DNA of 64,000 bases from NCBI GenBank assembly GCA_021153265.1, contig JAGKTU010000001.1, forward strand, positions 9,936 through 73,935. The letters run 5' to 3'. The stretch comes from Clostridia bacterium (GTDB lineage: Bacteria > Bacillota > Clostridia > Oscillospirales > Oscillospiraceae). The position numbers and the translations under genes were made by a program. Below the pieces are notes generated by a model. The model saw nothing but the letters and a program-made list of their open reading frames with translations. It had not been told where the DNA came from and made no database searches. Below, in pieces: positions 10,352 through 19,385 of the stretch. How positions within the stretch are numbered: position 1 is the first letter of the stretch; every line of letters begins with the position of its first letter.

Positions 10352-11137
10352 ATGCTTTCTCATGATGACCGCTGTATTTATCGACACGCTCCGCTGGTGG
10401 AGGTAATTTGTCAGCTTCGTTTTCCGGAAATCTTATCCATCGAAGCCAAGGTACCTGCGGATTTTCAGGATGCCATCCGGGCAGAATTTCCCCGATACAC
10501 CCGTCGTCAGGATTCCATGCCGCCCAAGATCACCGGCGCACCGGGTAATCTGTCGGTAGCCAGCCAGCAGACCGTCACCAATCATCAGTTTGCTTCCGCC
10601 GACGGAGCCTGGCGCGTGAATCTGACCAGCAGGTTCATCTCCCTAACCTGTAACCGCTACACCAGCTGGGAGGACTTCGCCAAGAAGCTGGATAAGCCTC
10701 TGGCGGCATTTATTCGCATTTACCAGCCTGCTTTTTACGAGCGCGTGGGTCTGCGGTATCTGAATATCATCTCGAGAGCCCAGCTGGAGCTTGCAGACGT
10801 TCCATTCCGGGAGCTGATCAGTCCCTGCTATCTGGGTCCCCTTAGCGAAGAGGATGTGAGCGAAGCCGCATCCACCCGTTGCAGCATCGACTGTGACTTA
10901 GGACTCCGGGGCGGCTGCCGGGTAAAGATCCACGCAGGTCCCGGTATGGTCAAGCGGAATGGTCAGGAGGACAAGGAAGTCAAGTTTATCTTTGATCAGG
11001 ATCTGTACATGCCCGGTCAGGTTCCCATCAATCTCTCTGCCGGGGCGCTGCAGACTCTGCACAGCCAGGCATTTGCCATCTTTCGGGGCGCTATCCGCAA
11101 CATGCTGCACGAGGCCTTTGAACCTGAGGAAATTTAA
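10352..11137 (+). CDS. TIGR04255 family protein (function unknown)
   Basis: N-terminal YxxAPLVEVICQLRF, YxSWEDF, RVGLRYLN, FIFDQD pattern. Confidence 0.8.
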   Translation: MLSHDDRCIYRHAPLVEVICQLRFPEILSIEAKVPADFQDAIRAEFPRYTRRQDSMPPKITGAPGNLSVASQQTVTNHQFASADGAWRVNLTSRFISLTCNRYTSWEDFAKKLDKPLAAFIRIYQPAFYERVGLRYLNIISRAQLELADVPFRELISPCYLGPLSEEDVSEAASTRCSIDCDLGLRGGCRVKIHAGPGMVKRNGQEDKEVKFIFDQDLYMPGQVPINLSAGALQTLHSQAFAIFRGAIRNMLHEAFEPEEI

Positions 11138-11148
11138 GGAGGTAGACT

Positions 11149-11868
11149 ATGCTGCCCTTTTATTACTATGGATTTGACTGGACATATCTTACGTTGGTAC
11201 TGCCCTGTCTGATTTTTGCCATGATTGCCAGCAGTAATGTTAACAGCACCTTCAAAAAGTACTCCAAACAGCTCTCCAGACGGCACATCACCGGCGCGGA
11301 AGCCGCCCAGAGGGTGCTGCATGCAAACGGTGTTTACGGCGTACGCATTGAGCGGATTGCAGGCAACTTAACCGACCACTTTGACCCCAAGGCCAATGTG
11401 ATCCGGTTGTCTGACCCTGTATACAACTCCACTTCCACCGCCGCCATCGGTGTTGCCTGCCACGAGGCCGGTCACGCGGTGCAGTACGCCGTTGGCTACT
11501 CCCCCATGAAACTCCGGGCTGCCATCATTCCCATGACCAATCTGGGTTCCAAACTGGCATTTCCACTGATTCTGGTGGGACTTCTGCTTGGTTCGCTGGG
11601 TGAGATCTCCATGTTGTTCATTTATCTGGGCATTGCGGCATTCGGATTATCCTTCGTGTTCCAGATTGTAACCCTGCCGGTGGAATTTAACGCAAGCCGC
11701 AGAGCAATCAAAGCAATCGAAGAGGGCGGAATTTTGACGGAAGAGGAGCAGCGGGGTGCAAAGAAGACCCTGACTGCCGCTGCCATGACTTACGTTGCCG
11801 CCACCGCTACGGCTCTGGCTCAGCTTCTGCGGCTGATCCTGATCTACGGACGGCGGAGGAGGGATTGA
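11149..11868 (+). CDS. Membrane neutral zinc metallopeptidase (YugP/Zn_peptidase_2 family)
   Basis: LTDHFDP, HEAGHAVQ, TLPVEFNASRRA, AAAMTYVA. Confidence 0.92.
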   Translation: MLPFYYYGFDWTYLTLVLPCLIFAMIASSNVNSTFKKYSKQLSRRHITGAEAAQRVLHANGVYGVRIERIAGNLTDHFDPKANVIRLSDPVYNSTSTAAIGVACHEAGHAVQYAVGYSPMKLRAAIIPMTNLGSKLAFPLILVGLLLGSLGEISMLFIYLGIAAFGLSFVFQIVTLPVEFNASRRAIKAIEEGGILTEEEQRGAKKTLTAAAMTYVAATATALAQLLRLILIYGRRRRD

Positions 11869-11870
11869 GT

Positions 11871-12308
11871 ATGATCTACACGCCGCTGACCAACCGGGCT
11901 CTGAAGGTCGCCTATCAAGCCCATCACGGACAGGTGGATTACAACGGAATCCCCTATATCTTCCACCCCATTCATATGGCTGAGCAGATGGATGACGAAA
12001 TTTCCTGCTGCGTAGCACTGCTGCACGATGTGGCGGAAGATACGGATGTGACCATAGAAGAATTGGCACGGATTTTTCCAAAAGAAGTCATCGATCCGCT
12101 GAAACTGCTGACTCACGAAAAACACGTTAACTATTTTGACTACGTCCGAGCGATCAAAGGTGATCCCATCGCCGTGAAGGTAAAGCTTGCGGACTTAAGC
12201 CACAACTCGGATCAAACAAGATGTGTCGGAGCTGGGCTAAGCGAAGAGAAACTGCTGTATTGGCAGGATAAATATGGAAAAGCCACAAAAATTCTGACCG
12301 AAGATTGA
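11871..12308 (+). CDS. HD-domain protein, small alarmone hydrolase ((p)ppGpp hydrolase/Mesh1)-like
   Basis: AHHGQ...PYIFHP, ALLHDVAEDT, VKLADLSHN. Confidence 0.8.
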   Translation: MIYTPLTNRALKVAYQAHHGQVDYNGIPYIFHPIHMAEQMDDEISCCVALLHDVAEDTDVTIEELARIFPKEVIDPLKLLTHEKHVNYFDYVRAIKGDPIAVKVKLADLSHNSDQTRCVGAGLSEEKLLYWQDKYGKATKILTED

Positions 12309-12328
12309 GCCATATCACCAAATTTTTT

Positions 12329-12368
12329 CCGCCCCGGTATTGACATCCGGGGCGGTTTTCTATATAAT
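12329..12368 (+). promoter_or_regulatory. Terminator-like hairpin containing the -35 of a consensus SigA promoter
   Basis: CCGCCCCGG-tattgacat-CCGGGGCGG-TTTT. TTGACA 12340-12345, 17 bp, TATAAT 12363-12368. Confidence 0.8.
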
Positions 12369-12374
12369 CTTCCG

Positions 12375-12401
12375 GTATGAAAAGTATGAAAAGTGTGAAA
12401 G
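12375..12401 (+). repeat. Three 9-bp direct repeats, probable AbrB-family operator
   Basis: GTATGAAAA GTATGAAAA GTGTGAAAG between -10 and RBS. Confidence 0.65.
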
Positions 12402-12411
12402 GAGATCTCCT

Positions 12412-12651
12412 ATGGCAGGAGGCAAACACATTCTGGGCAAGCAAAATGCCCAACGTGTCTTCGGCACCGCCAAAGTCGGCGACCGCGGGCAGATCGTAAT
12501 TCCCAAAGAAGCCCGGGAGTTCTTCGGCATCAATCCCGGCGATACCCTGCTGATTCTTGGAAAACACGAAACAGGTCTGATCGTAACCAAGCCCGAAACG
12601 CTCAACGATCTGGCCAATCAAATCTTCCAATCCGTAGAAAATGAGGACTGA
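12412..12651 (+). CDS. AbrB/MazE/SpoVT family DNA-binding protein
   Basis: AKVGDRGQIVIPKEAREFFGINPGD. RBS AAAGGAG. Confidence 0.9.
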   Translation: MAGGKHILGKQNAQRVFGTAKVGDRGQIVIPKEAREFFGINPGDTLLILGKHETGLIVTKPETLNDLANQIFQSVENED

Positions 12652-12653
12652 AC

Positions 12654-13937
12654 ATGAACGAAATTACCACTATGTATGAAAATATGGGCATTTCCAAAGA
12701 GGTTTATGCCTACGGCGAAGCTGCCATCAGTCGACTGAAGGGTCGCTTTGAAGATATCGACCGTGTCGCCGAATACAATCAGGCCAAGGTTCTGACTGCT
12801 TTCCGGAAAAATCGGGTAAGCGCCACCTGTTTTGCCGCATCCACCGGCTACGGCTACAACGACGAGGGCCGCGACAAGCTGGAGCAGGTCTATGCCGACG
12901 TATTCCACACTGAAGCTGCCCTGGTCCGTCCCCACATTACCTGCGGCACCCATGCCCTGACTGTAGCCCTCAGCGCAAATCTGCTGCCCGGTGACGAGCT
13001 GCTGTCCCCCGTTGGTCTTCCCTATGACACCTTGCAGGAAGTCATCGGCATCCGTCCCTCTCCCTGCAGCCTTGCCGAGTACGGCGTCAGCTACCGGCAG
13101 GTGGATCTGCTGAGCGACGGCACCTTCGACTACGAGGGTATCCGCAAGGCCATCAACGAAAAAACGAAGCTGATCACCATCCAGCGCTCCAAGGGTTACG
13201 CCACCCGGCCTACCTTCTCCGTGACCCAGATCGGTGAACTGATCGCCTTCTGCAAATCCATCAAGCCTGATGTGATCGTGATGGTTGATAACTGCTACGG
13301 CGAATTTGTGGAGACCATCGAGCCCTCTGATGTGGGCGCGGATATGATCGTGGGCAGTCTGATCAAAAATCCCGGCGGCGGTCTTGCCTCCTCCGGCGGC
13401 TACATCGCAGGCACGAAAAAATGCATCGACCGCTGCGCTTACCGGCTTTCCGCACCCGGTTTAGGACAGGAGGTCGGCGCCAACTTCGGTCTGATGGGCC
13501 AGCTTTATCAAGGCTTCTTCCTCTCCCCCACCGTCACCGCCAGCGCAGAAAAGGGTGCTATTTTTGCCGCAAACCTCTATGAATCCCTGGGCTTTAAGTG
13601 CGTCCCCAACGCCACCGAAAGCCGCCATGATATCATCCAGGCTGTGGAACTTGGCAGCGAAGAGGGTATGATTGCTTTCTGCAAGGGCATTCAGGCCGCC
13701 GCACCCGTGGACTCCTTCGCCACCCCCATCCCCGGCGACATGCCCGGCTATGACAGTCAGGTCATCATGGCCGCCGGTGCCTTCGTTCAGGGAAGCACCA
13801 TGGAGCTGTCCGCTGACGGCCCCATCCGTCCTCCCTATGCCGTCTATTTCCAGGGCGGCCTGACATGGTATCACGCCAAGCTGGGCATTCTTATGAGCCT
13901 GCAGAAAATGGTGGATGCCGGTCTGGTGACCCTGTAA
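12654..13937 (+). CDS. ynbB: YnbB-like PLP enzyme (methionine gamma-lyase / aluminium resistance family)
   Basis: STGYGYND, GTHAL, IQRSKGY, DNCYGEF, GSLIKNPGGG, MAAGAFVQGSTMELSADGP. Confidence 0.9.
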   Translation: MNEITTMYENMGISKEVYAYGEAAISRLKGRFEDIDRVAEYNQAKVLTAFRKNRVSATCFAASTGYGYNDEGRDKLEQVYADVFHTEAALVRPHITCGTHALTVALSANLLPGDELLSPVGLPYDTLQEVIGIRPSPCSLAEYGVSYRQVDLLSDGTFDYEGIRKAINEKTKLITIQRSKGYATRPTFSVTQIGELIAFCKSIKPDVIVMVDNCYGEFVETIEPSDVGADMIVGSLIKNPGGGLASSGGYIAGTKKCIDRCAYRLSAPGLGQEVGANFGLMGQLYQGFFLSPTVTASAEKGAIFAANLYESLGFKCVPNATESRHDIIQAVELGSEEGMIAFCKGIQAAAPVDSFATPIPGDMPGYDSQVIMAAGAFVQGSTMELSADGPIRPPYAVYFQGGLTWYHAKLGILMSLQKMVDAGLVTL

Positions 13938-13965
13938 ATATATTAGAAAGAAAGAGGTAAACATC

Positions 13966-14892
13966 ATGTCTTGGTTATTCTTCTCCGTTGGTACCGCCCT
14001 GCTGTGGGGTACTGCCGAACTGTTTTACAAAAAAGGCGCGCAGCCTCAGGAAAAATTTTCTCACCTGAAGATCTGTGTGTGGGTTGGTATCGTTATGGGT
14101 GCTCACGCAATCTTCACCCTGCTGACCCAGAATATCAACTACAATCCCATCAATATCATCCGCTATCTGCCCGTTTCTCTGTTTTACATCATCTCCATGG
14201 CTTTCTCCTATTTCGGAATGCGTTTTCTGGAGGAATCCATCTCTGACCCTATTGAGAACACCGCCGGTGTCATTTGCACGCTGCTGTTTGCCATCTTCCT
14301 GAAGGAAGAAATTGCTCCCCTGACTTGGGTTGCCATTGCGATCATCACCATTGGTGTTCTGGGTGTCAGCTTCCTGGAAAACAGCGGCGAAACCACAAGA
14401 AAGAAGCAGCTGGGCAAGAAGCTGGCTATCGTCGCTTTCTGCATGCCTTTCGTATATGCCCTGCTGGATGCCTTCGGCACTTTCCTGGATGATGCTTTCT
14501 TCCTGATCGATGATGTTGCAAAGTCTCCTCTGGTGGATGTTACCGCGGATACCCTTGAAGATGTAGCCAACACCAGCTACGAGCTGACTTTTGCCCTGTT
14601 CGCTCTGGGTCTGTTCATCTTCATGAAGTCCAAGAAGGTCAAGTTTGGTTCTCTCCCCCAGCACAAGGATAAGATCCTCGCTGCTGTCTTCGAAACCGCA
14701 GGTCAGTTCACCTACGTTTACGCTCTGGGTGGAGTGGACGCCGTTGCTGCACCCATTCTTTCCTCTGTGTGCGTCGTTTCCCTGCTGCTGTCCCGTATTT
14801 TCCTGAAGGAAAAGCTTTCCTGGAAAACTTACGTTTTCATCGCCATCGTGATCATCGGCATTCTGTTGCTGGCGGTAAGCGAAGAAATTTAA
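13966..14892 (+). CDS. DMT/EamA family transporter
   Basis: About 10 TM segments, two repeats ending FLKEEI/FLKEKL. Confidence 0.8.
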   Translation: MSWLFFSVGTALLWGTAELFYKKGAQPQEKFSHLKICVWVGIVMGAHAIFTLLTQNINYNPINIIRYLPVSLFYIISMAFSYFGMRFLEESISDPIENTAGVICTLLFAIFLKEEIAPLTWVAIAIITIGVLGVSFLENSGETTRKKQLGKKLAIVAFCMPFVYALLDAFGTFLDDAFFLIDDVAKSPLVDVTADTLEDVANTSYELTFALFALGLFIFMKSKKVKFGSLPQHKDKILAAVFETAGQFTYVYALGGVDAVAAPILSSVCVVSLLLSRIFLKEKLSWKTYVFIAIVIIGILLLAVSEEI

Positions 14893-14896
14893 TGCA

Positions 14897-14931
14897 AAAA
14901 GCCACCTTCCGTTTCGGAAGGTGGCTTTCTT
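14897..14931. terminator. Bidirectional terminator
   Basis: AAAGCCACCTTCCG ttt CGGAAGGTGGCTTT. Confidence 0.85.
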
Positions 14932-15179
14932 TATTGCTCGATGAGTTTCATTTTTCCGGCTCTGGGGAGGGATTTGATCTGAGCTTCCCGTTTTAAGGCG
15001 GCGGAGTGATCGCCGCAGGTTTCCGAGTAGACCAATTCCAGAGGGGCTCTGCCACGGGTGTATTTTGCACCCTTCCCTGCCCTGTGGGCTTCCAACCGGA
15101 CCTGCACATCGGTGGTAATACCGGTGTACAGGCTGTCATCCCGGCATCGCAGTATATATAAATACCAACATTTTTCCAT
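14931..15179 (-). CDS. GIY-YIG nuclease family protein (UPF0213/YazA-like)
   Basis: YLYILRC..SLYTGIT..R..H..GKGAKYTR..ALKRE. Confidence 0.92.
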   Translation of the reverse strand: MEKCWYLYILRCRDDSLYTGITTDVQVRLEAHRAGKGAKYTRGRAPLELVYSETCGDHSAALKREAQIKSLPRAGKMKLIEQ

Positions 15180-15181
15180 AG

Positions 15182-15685
15182 TTACCGTCTGAAGTTCAAC
15201 TTTCTGCTCAGAATCTTGTCCACAAGGAAAAAGCAAAGGTTTCCTAAAAGGAGCGTGACGATGAGCATAGCCGTGCCAAGCTCCCGGAATTCTGCAGCAA
15301 CTTGCGCCATGCCGAAGAGGTGGATCAGCAGCCAGTACATTGCCAGAACGGATGCATTAAAGAGCAGACCTTTCCACAGCCAGGAGAGTTTTGCAGTATC
15401 CAGCTTAGGCTTTACGATGGGATAATAGCCGAGGAAAGCAAATACAGCGGCGGCTTCCTTATCCGGGCCTAACAGCATGGAAAGAATCGCAACTGCACCG
15501 TACCAGGCCCAAGCGACTCGCGCACCGCAGATTTGCAGCACGGTTTTCAGCAGCAAAATACAGAGCATGGGGCAGATGTAGGTCGCAAGTGGAATCAAGC
15601 CGCCAAGGCTCATGATCACCACAGCCAGCGCAGCCATGACACCGCCCAAAGCCATGCTTTTGGCAGAGTTATTTGTTCTTGCCAT
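15182..15685 (-). CDS. Hypothetical membrane protein
   Basis: About 5 hydrophobic segments, GPDKEAA..LGYYP motif, overlaps pncB stop. Confidence 0.75.
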   Translation of the reverse strand: MARTNNSAKSMALGGVMAALAVVIMSLGGLIPLATYICPMLCILLLKTVLQICGARVAWAWYGAVAILSMLLGPDKEAAAVFAFLGYYPIVKPKLDTAKLSWLWKGLLFNASVLAMYWLLIHLFGMAQVAAEFRELGTAMLIVTLLLGNLCFFLVDKILSRKLNFRR

Positions 15686-17126
15686 TTTCCTTCAGCAGGC
15701 CGTACTTAATATCCCAGAGTTTCTGGCTCAGGTCCACATAGTAGGTGTGGGGATTGTCGAAGCGCTTGACTTCATCCCAGAGGGTGTCCACCTGCTCCAT
15801 GCAGTAGGTGCGAATTTCTTCCAGCGTAGGCAGGTCATAGACCAGCTTACCATCCTTAAAAATAGGAACCTGCAATTCCCGGGCGGTGAAATTGTAGACA
15901 GTCTTGGTTTTCCAGGTGGCATCGGGGTCAAAGATCTCCATGTTCTGGCTGTCGTCCACTGTCTCATCGTAGACGCAGAGGTAGTCGGCGATGGCCTTAC
16001 CGGTATCGTTTCCATAGAAACGGTAGAGTTTCTTATAGTGGGGGGTGGTGATCTTGCCCACATTCTCGGAGATCTTGATCTTGGGCCTGACCTCGCCGTC
16101 CTTGTCTTCCACGGCAACCAGCTTGTACACGCCGCCAAAGACAGGTTCGCTGCGGGCGGTAATCAGCCGCTCACCCACACCGAACAGATCGATCTGAGCG
16201 CCCTGACGGAGAACGTCCTGGATGATGTGCTCGTCGAGAGAGTTGGAGACGCTGATCTTGCAGTCCGTCCAGCCTGCGTCATCCAGCATTTTTCTTGCTT
16301 TCTGGGTCAGATAGGCCATGTCGCCGGAGTCCAGACGGATGCCACACTTGGTCAGCCCCCTGGGCTTCAGGACTTCATTGAAGACCCGGATGGCGTTGGG
16401 AACACCGGACTTGAGGGTGTTATAGGTATCCACAAGCAGGGTGGGATTCTCGGGGTACATCTCGCAATAGGCCTTGAAGGCTTCGTATTCCGTGTCGAAC
16501 ATCTGCACCCATGCATGAGCCATGGTGCCGCCGGCACGGACGCCAAAGAGCTGGTCGGAAATGGTGCAGGCAGTGCCGTGGCAGCCGCCGATATAGGCAG
16601 CACGAGCACCCAAAATGGCAGCATCGGCGCCCTGAGCACGGCGTGAACCAAACTCCAGAACGGTACGGCCCTGGGCGGCGCGGACCACACGGTTTGCCTT
16701 GGTGGCGATGAGGCTCTGGTGGTTGACGCACAGCAGCAGGAAGGTTTCGATCAGCTGGGCCTCGATAGCAGGGGCGCGGACGGTGAGGATGGGTTCCTTG
16801 GGGAAAACAGGGGTACCCTCGGGGACTGCCCAGATGTCGCCGGTGAACTTGAAATCAGCCAGATACGCAAGGAATTCCTCGCTGAAGATCTTTCTGCCAC
16901 GCAGATACTCGATATCCTCGGGGTCAAAGTGCAGTTCCTGGATGTACTCGACAATCTGCTCCAGACCGGCAGCGATGGCGAAGCCGCCGCCGTCAGGGCA
17001 ACGACGGAAGAAGAGGTCAAAATAGGTGATCCGGTCCTTGTAGCCGTTACCAAAGTAGCCCTGGCTCATGGTTAGCTCATAAAAGTCGCACAGCATGGTC
17101 ATATTGAGTTTGTCATTGGCGATCAT
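15669..17126 (-). CDS. pncB: Nicotinate phosphoribosyltransferase
   Basis: DFYELTM, EFGSRRAQG, GTMAHAW, LVDTY, IRLDSGD, GGVYKL. Confidence 0.96.
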   Translation of the reverse strand: MIANDKLNMTMLCDFYELTMSQGYFGNGYKDRITYFDLFFRRCPDGGGFAIAAGLEQIVEYIQELHFDPEDIEYLRGRKIFSEEFLAYLADFKFTGDIWAVPEGTPVFPKEPILTVRAPAIEAQLIETFLLLCVNHQSLIATKANRVVRAAQGRTVLEFGSRRAQGADAAILGARAAYIGGCHGTACTISDQLFGVRAGGTMAHAWVQMFDTEYEAFKAYCEMYPENPTLLVDTYNTLKSGVPNAIRVFNEVLKPRGLTKCGIRLDSGDMAYLTQKARKMLDDAGWTDCKISVSNSLDEHIIQDVLRQGAQIDLFGVGERLITARSEPVFGGVYKLVAVEDKDGEVRPKIKISENVGKITTPHYKKLYRFYGNDTGKAIADYLCVYDETVDDSQNMEIFDPDATWKTKTVYNFTARELQVPIFKDGKLVYDLPTLEEIRTYCMEQVDTLWDEVKRFDNPHTYYVDLSQKLWDIKYGLLKENGKNK

Positions 17127-17248
17127 AGTAGACACCTCACTAGAATTTAATGCATATATTATACGTCAACGAACAAAAAAATTCAATCCTTTTCGTTGAC
17201 AGAGGCCAGACTTTCGACTATAGTAATGCCAGAAAGGTTGTGATAATT

Positions 17249-17635
17249 ATGGAAATTACAGTTGGAATGAAAGGCATTGTCGAATCCTGCGTAGAGCGGG
17301 AAGACACCGCCAAGGAAGTAGGCTCCGGCGATCTGCTGGTGTACGCTACCCCCTGCATGGTGGCGCTGATGGAGGGTGCTGCCTGCGAAGCCATCGCCGA
17401 TTGCATGGGCGAGAACCAGACCACCGTCGGCACGATGCTGAACATCGAGCACATCTCTGCAACGCCTGTGGGTCTTGAGGTTCGGGCTGAGGCCGAGGTC
17501 ACCGAGGTGGCCGGAAAGGTCATCACATTTGATGTGAAGGCTTTTGACGAGGCCGGGGAGATCGGTCACGGCACCCATAAACGCGTAGTAATCAACACTC
17601 AGAAGTTCCTGGATAAGACTTACGGCAAGCTGTAA
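17249..17635 (+). CDS. Hotdog-fold thioesterase (FlK-like)
   Basis: VYATPCMVALMEGAA, TVGT..NIEH..ATPVG, GTHKR. Promoter TTGACA-17-TATAGT upstream. Confidence 0.9.
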   Translation: MEITVGMKGIVESCVEREDTAKEVGSGDLLVYATPCMVALMEGAACEAIADCMGENQTTVGTMLNIEHISATPVGLEVRAEAEVTEVAGKVITFDVKAFDEAGEIGHGTHKRVVINTQKFLDKTYGKL

Positions 17636-17653
17636 GCATTTCGAGGAGAAATT

Positions 17654-18214
17654 ATGAAATTACTGCTGCTGTTTGGCAACAGCGCCGTGGGCAAGATGAC
17701 CGTGGGACAGGAACTGGCGAAAATCACCCCCCTGAAGCTGTTCCACAACCATATGATGATCGAGCCGGTCCTGGAAATCTTCGGCCAGTTTCGGGGTGAT
17801 GTGATTCAAAAGCTGCGGACAGTAGTCTTGGAGGAATTCGGAAAAAGCGAGCAGTATGGTATGATCTTCACCTATATGATGGCCTTTGATATGCCGTCGG
17901 AATACGAGTATATCGATCGTGTCATCAAGACGCTGGGGGTAGCCGAGGAAGACGTATGCTATGCGGAGCTGGTTGCACCTCAGGATGTCCGGCTTGCCCG
18001 GAATGTGACGGAAAACCGGCTGAAAAATAAGGCATCCAAGCGGGATATCGACGCCAGCAACGAAAGGCTGATCCGGGACGATGTGAATCACCGCATGGAG
18101 AGCCTGCCCGGCGAGATCACCTCCCCCAATTACATTCGGATCGATAACTCCAATATGTCCCCGGAAGAAGCAGCCCAGCTGATCAAGGAGCGTTTTGACT
18201 TCCCCGATGCGTAA
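17654..18214 (+). CDS. P-loop small-molecule kinase (shikimate kinase/AAA-like)
   Basis: GNSAVGKMTVG Walker A, LFHNH, RLARN. Confidence 0.75.
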   Translation: MKLLLLFGNSAVGKMTVGQELAKITPLKLFHNHMMIEPVLEIFGQFRGDVIQKLRTVVLEEFGKSEQYGMIFTYMMAFDMPSEYEYIDRVIKTLGVAEEDVCYAELVAPQDVRLARNVTENRLKNKASKRDIDASNERLIRDDVNHRMESLPGEITSPNYIRIDNSNMSPEEAAQLIKERFDFPDA

Positions 18215-18220
18215 AAACAA

Positions 18221-18250
18221 AAGCGTGCAGTGAACATTCACTGCACGCTT
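18221..18250. terminator. Bidirectional terminator
   Basis: AAGCGTGCAGTGAA ca TTCACTGCACGCTT between convergent genes. Confidence 0.8.
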
Positions 18251-18256
18251 AAATTT

Positions 18257-19054
18257 TTAGCGCTTACGCTTCAGAAGGATCAGCAGAAGTGCGGATACCA
18301 CCATCACGGCGGCAACGCAGATCACAACGATGGTAATATCAAAGTCGGGCTGGGGTTTGATCTCGTCAACACGCTTAGCAGGCTCGGTAGGTTCAGACTG
18401 AACCGGCTGGCTAGGGGCTTCCACACCGTTGGGGAACAGGGTGGCGAAATCCGCATCCGGAGTATCCAGATTGAACCACAGATCACGCAGACCGTAATAG
18501 TAGTTGATCTGACCCCAATGACTGCCGTTTTCGTCCACATAGATGCAGTCATAACTGGGCATATGTTCCCACAGCAGTTCTATGGACACAGGTTCAGGGC
18601 AACCGGGGTATTCCCAGAAATAGATCTCCTTGCCCTGCCACTTCTTGTCCAGTTCACCCGCTTCCTGTAGGAAAGTGTGGCCGTACTCTTCCGCAAAAGA
18701 GATGTGGTCATAGACGAGGGCAAGATATGGCATGGGAACCCAGCCATTTTCATCGTCCCAACCGCCTGTACAGCCCCATTGGGTGCCATCGGAATCCGTA
18801 TAAACGTAGGAGACCCAGAGGGTTTCACCGTTATCGACGGTCTTGATCACCCGGTCGGAGATGGGGCTTTCGTAGACGGTGACATCGCCGTTGGGGCCTT
18901 GCGCAGTGTAATACCGATCGTGATATGCACATTCGTCTCTGTGTTCATCGAAGAAATCATCGCCCATGGGCACAAAAATCACGTCTGCACGTACGGTGGG
19001 CAAGTTGGTCAGCAGAAGGAGTGCAGCTAAGCACAGACAAATCAGTTTTTTCAT
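18257..19054 (-). CDS. Secreted protein with two SH3-like repeats and a C-terminal TM anchor
   Basis: Signal peptide MKKLICLCLAALLLL..VRA, two YxDxxGxxWG units, Pro/Glu linker, TM helix plus KRKR. Confidence 0.7.
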   Translation of the reverse strand: MKKLICLCLAALLLLTNLPTVRADVIFVPMGDDFFDEHRDECAYHDRYYTAQGPNGDVTVYESPISDRVIKTVDNGETLWVSYVYTDSDGTQWGCTGGWDDENGWVPMPYLALVYDHISFAEEYGHTFLQEAGELDKKWQGKEIYFWEYPGCPEPVSIELLWEHMPSYDCIYVDENGSHWGQINYYYGLRDLWFNLDTPDADFATLFPNGVEAPSQPVQSEPTEPAKRVDEIKPQPDFDITIVVICVAAVMVVSALLLILLKRKR

Positions 19055-19064
19055 AGAGAATACC

Positions 19065-19385
19065 TCACTGAAGTAAGATTCCGGCAAACCATGCGATCAG
19101 ATTTGCGGAAACGGAAAGAATGACTGGATGGGTAATCTGCCATCGTTCGTCCTTTGAAAAAGATGTATAGACGAAAGCCTCCACGGCCATGACAGCCAGC
19201 TCCACCGGAAGCTCCGGGATACCCAGATGGCATATCAGAACCGCCGCGGGATTGGTCAACAGGTTGACCAGAAGCACAAGAAGCATGCTTTTTTTGTCCC
19301 GGAGGCCAAAGAAGGCTGCGATGGTCAGCTCGATGAGCCATGTCAGACCGAGGGAAATTAAGAACATTTCAAGCAGATACCGCAT
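19065..19385 (-). CDS. Small 4-TM hypothetical protein with intramembrane Glu/Asn residues
   Basis: LTWLIE, VNLLTNP, ELAVMAVE, SVSAN. GTG start overlaps the upstream gene. Confidence 0.7.
   Translation of the reverse strand: MRYLLEMFLISLGLTWLIELTIAAFFGLRDKKSMLLVLLVNLLTNPAAVLICHLGIPELPVELAVMAVEAFVYTSFSKDERWQITHPVILSVSANLIAWFAGILLQ

Noticed and set aside
12412-12651. AbrB/MazE gene as the antitoxin of a TA pair
   Set aside because: No PIN, MazF or Doc toxin adjacent. The next gene is a PLP enzyme.
14931-15179. GIY-YIG as a homing endonuclease or mobile element
   Set aside because: An 82-aa stand-alone UPF0213-type protein, a common chromosomal gene with no DNA-binding extension.
17127-17143. 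TAGT-N9-ACTA palindrome as an NrtR/NiaR site before pncB
   Set aside because: Too short, the spacing does not fit GT-N7-AC, and it coincides with the RBS.
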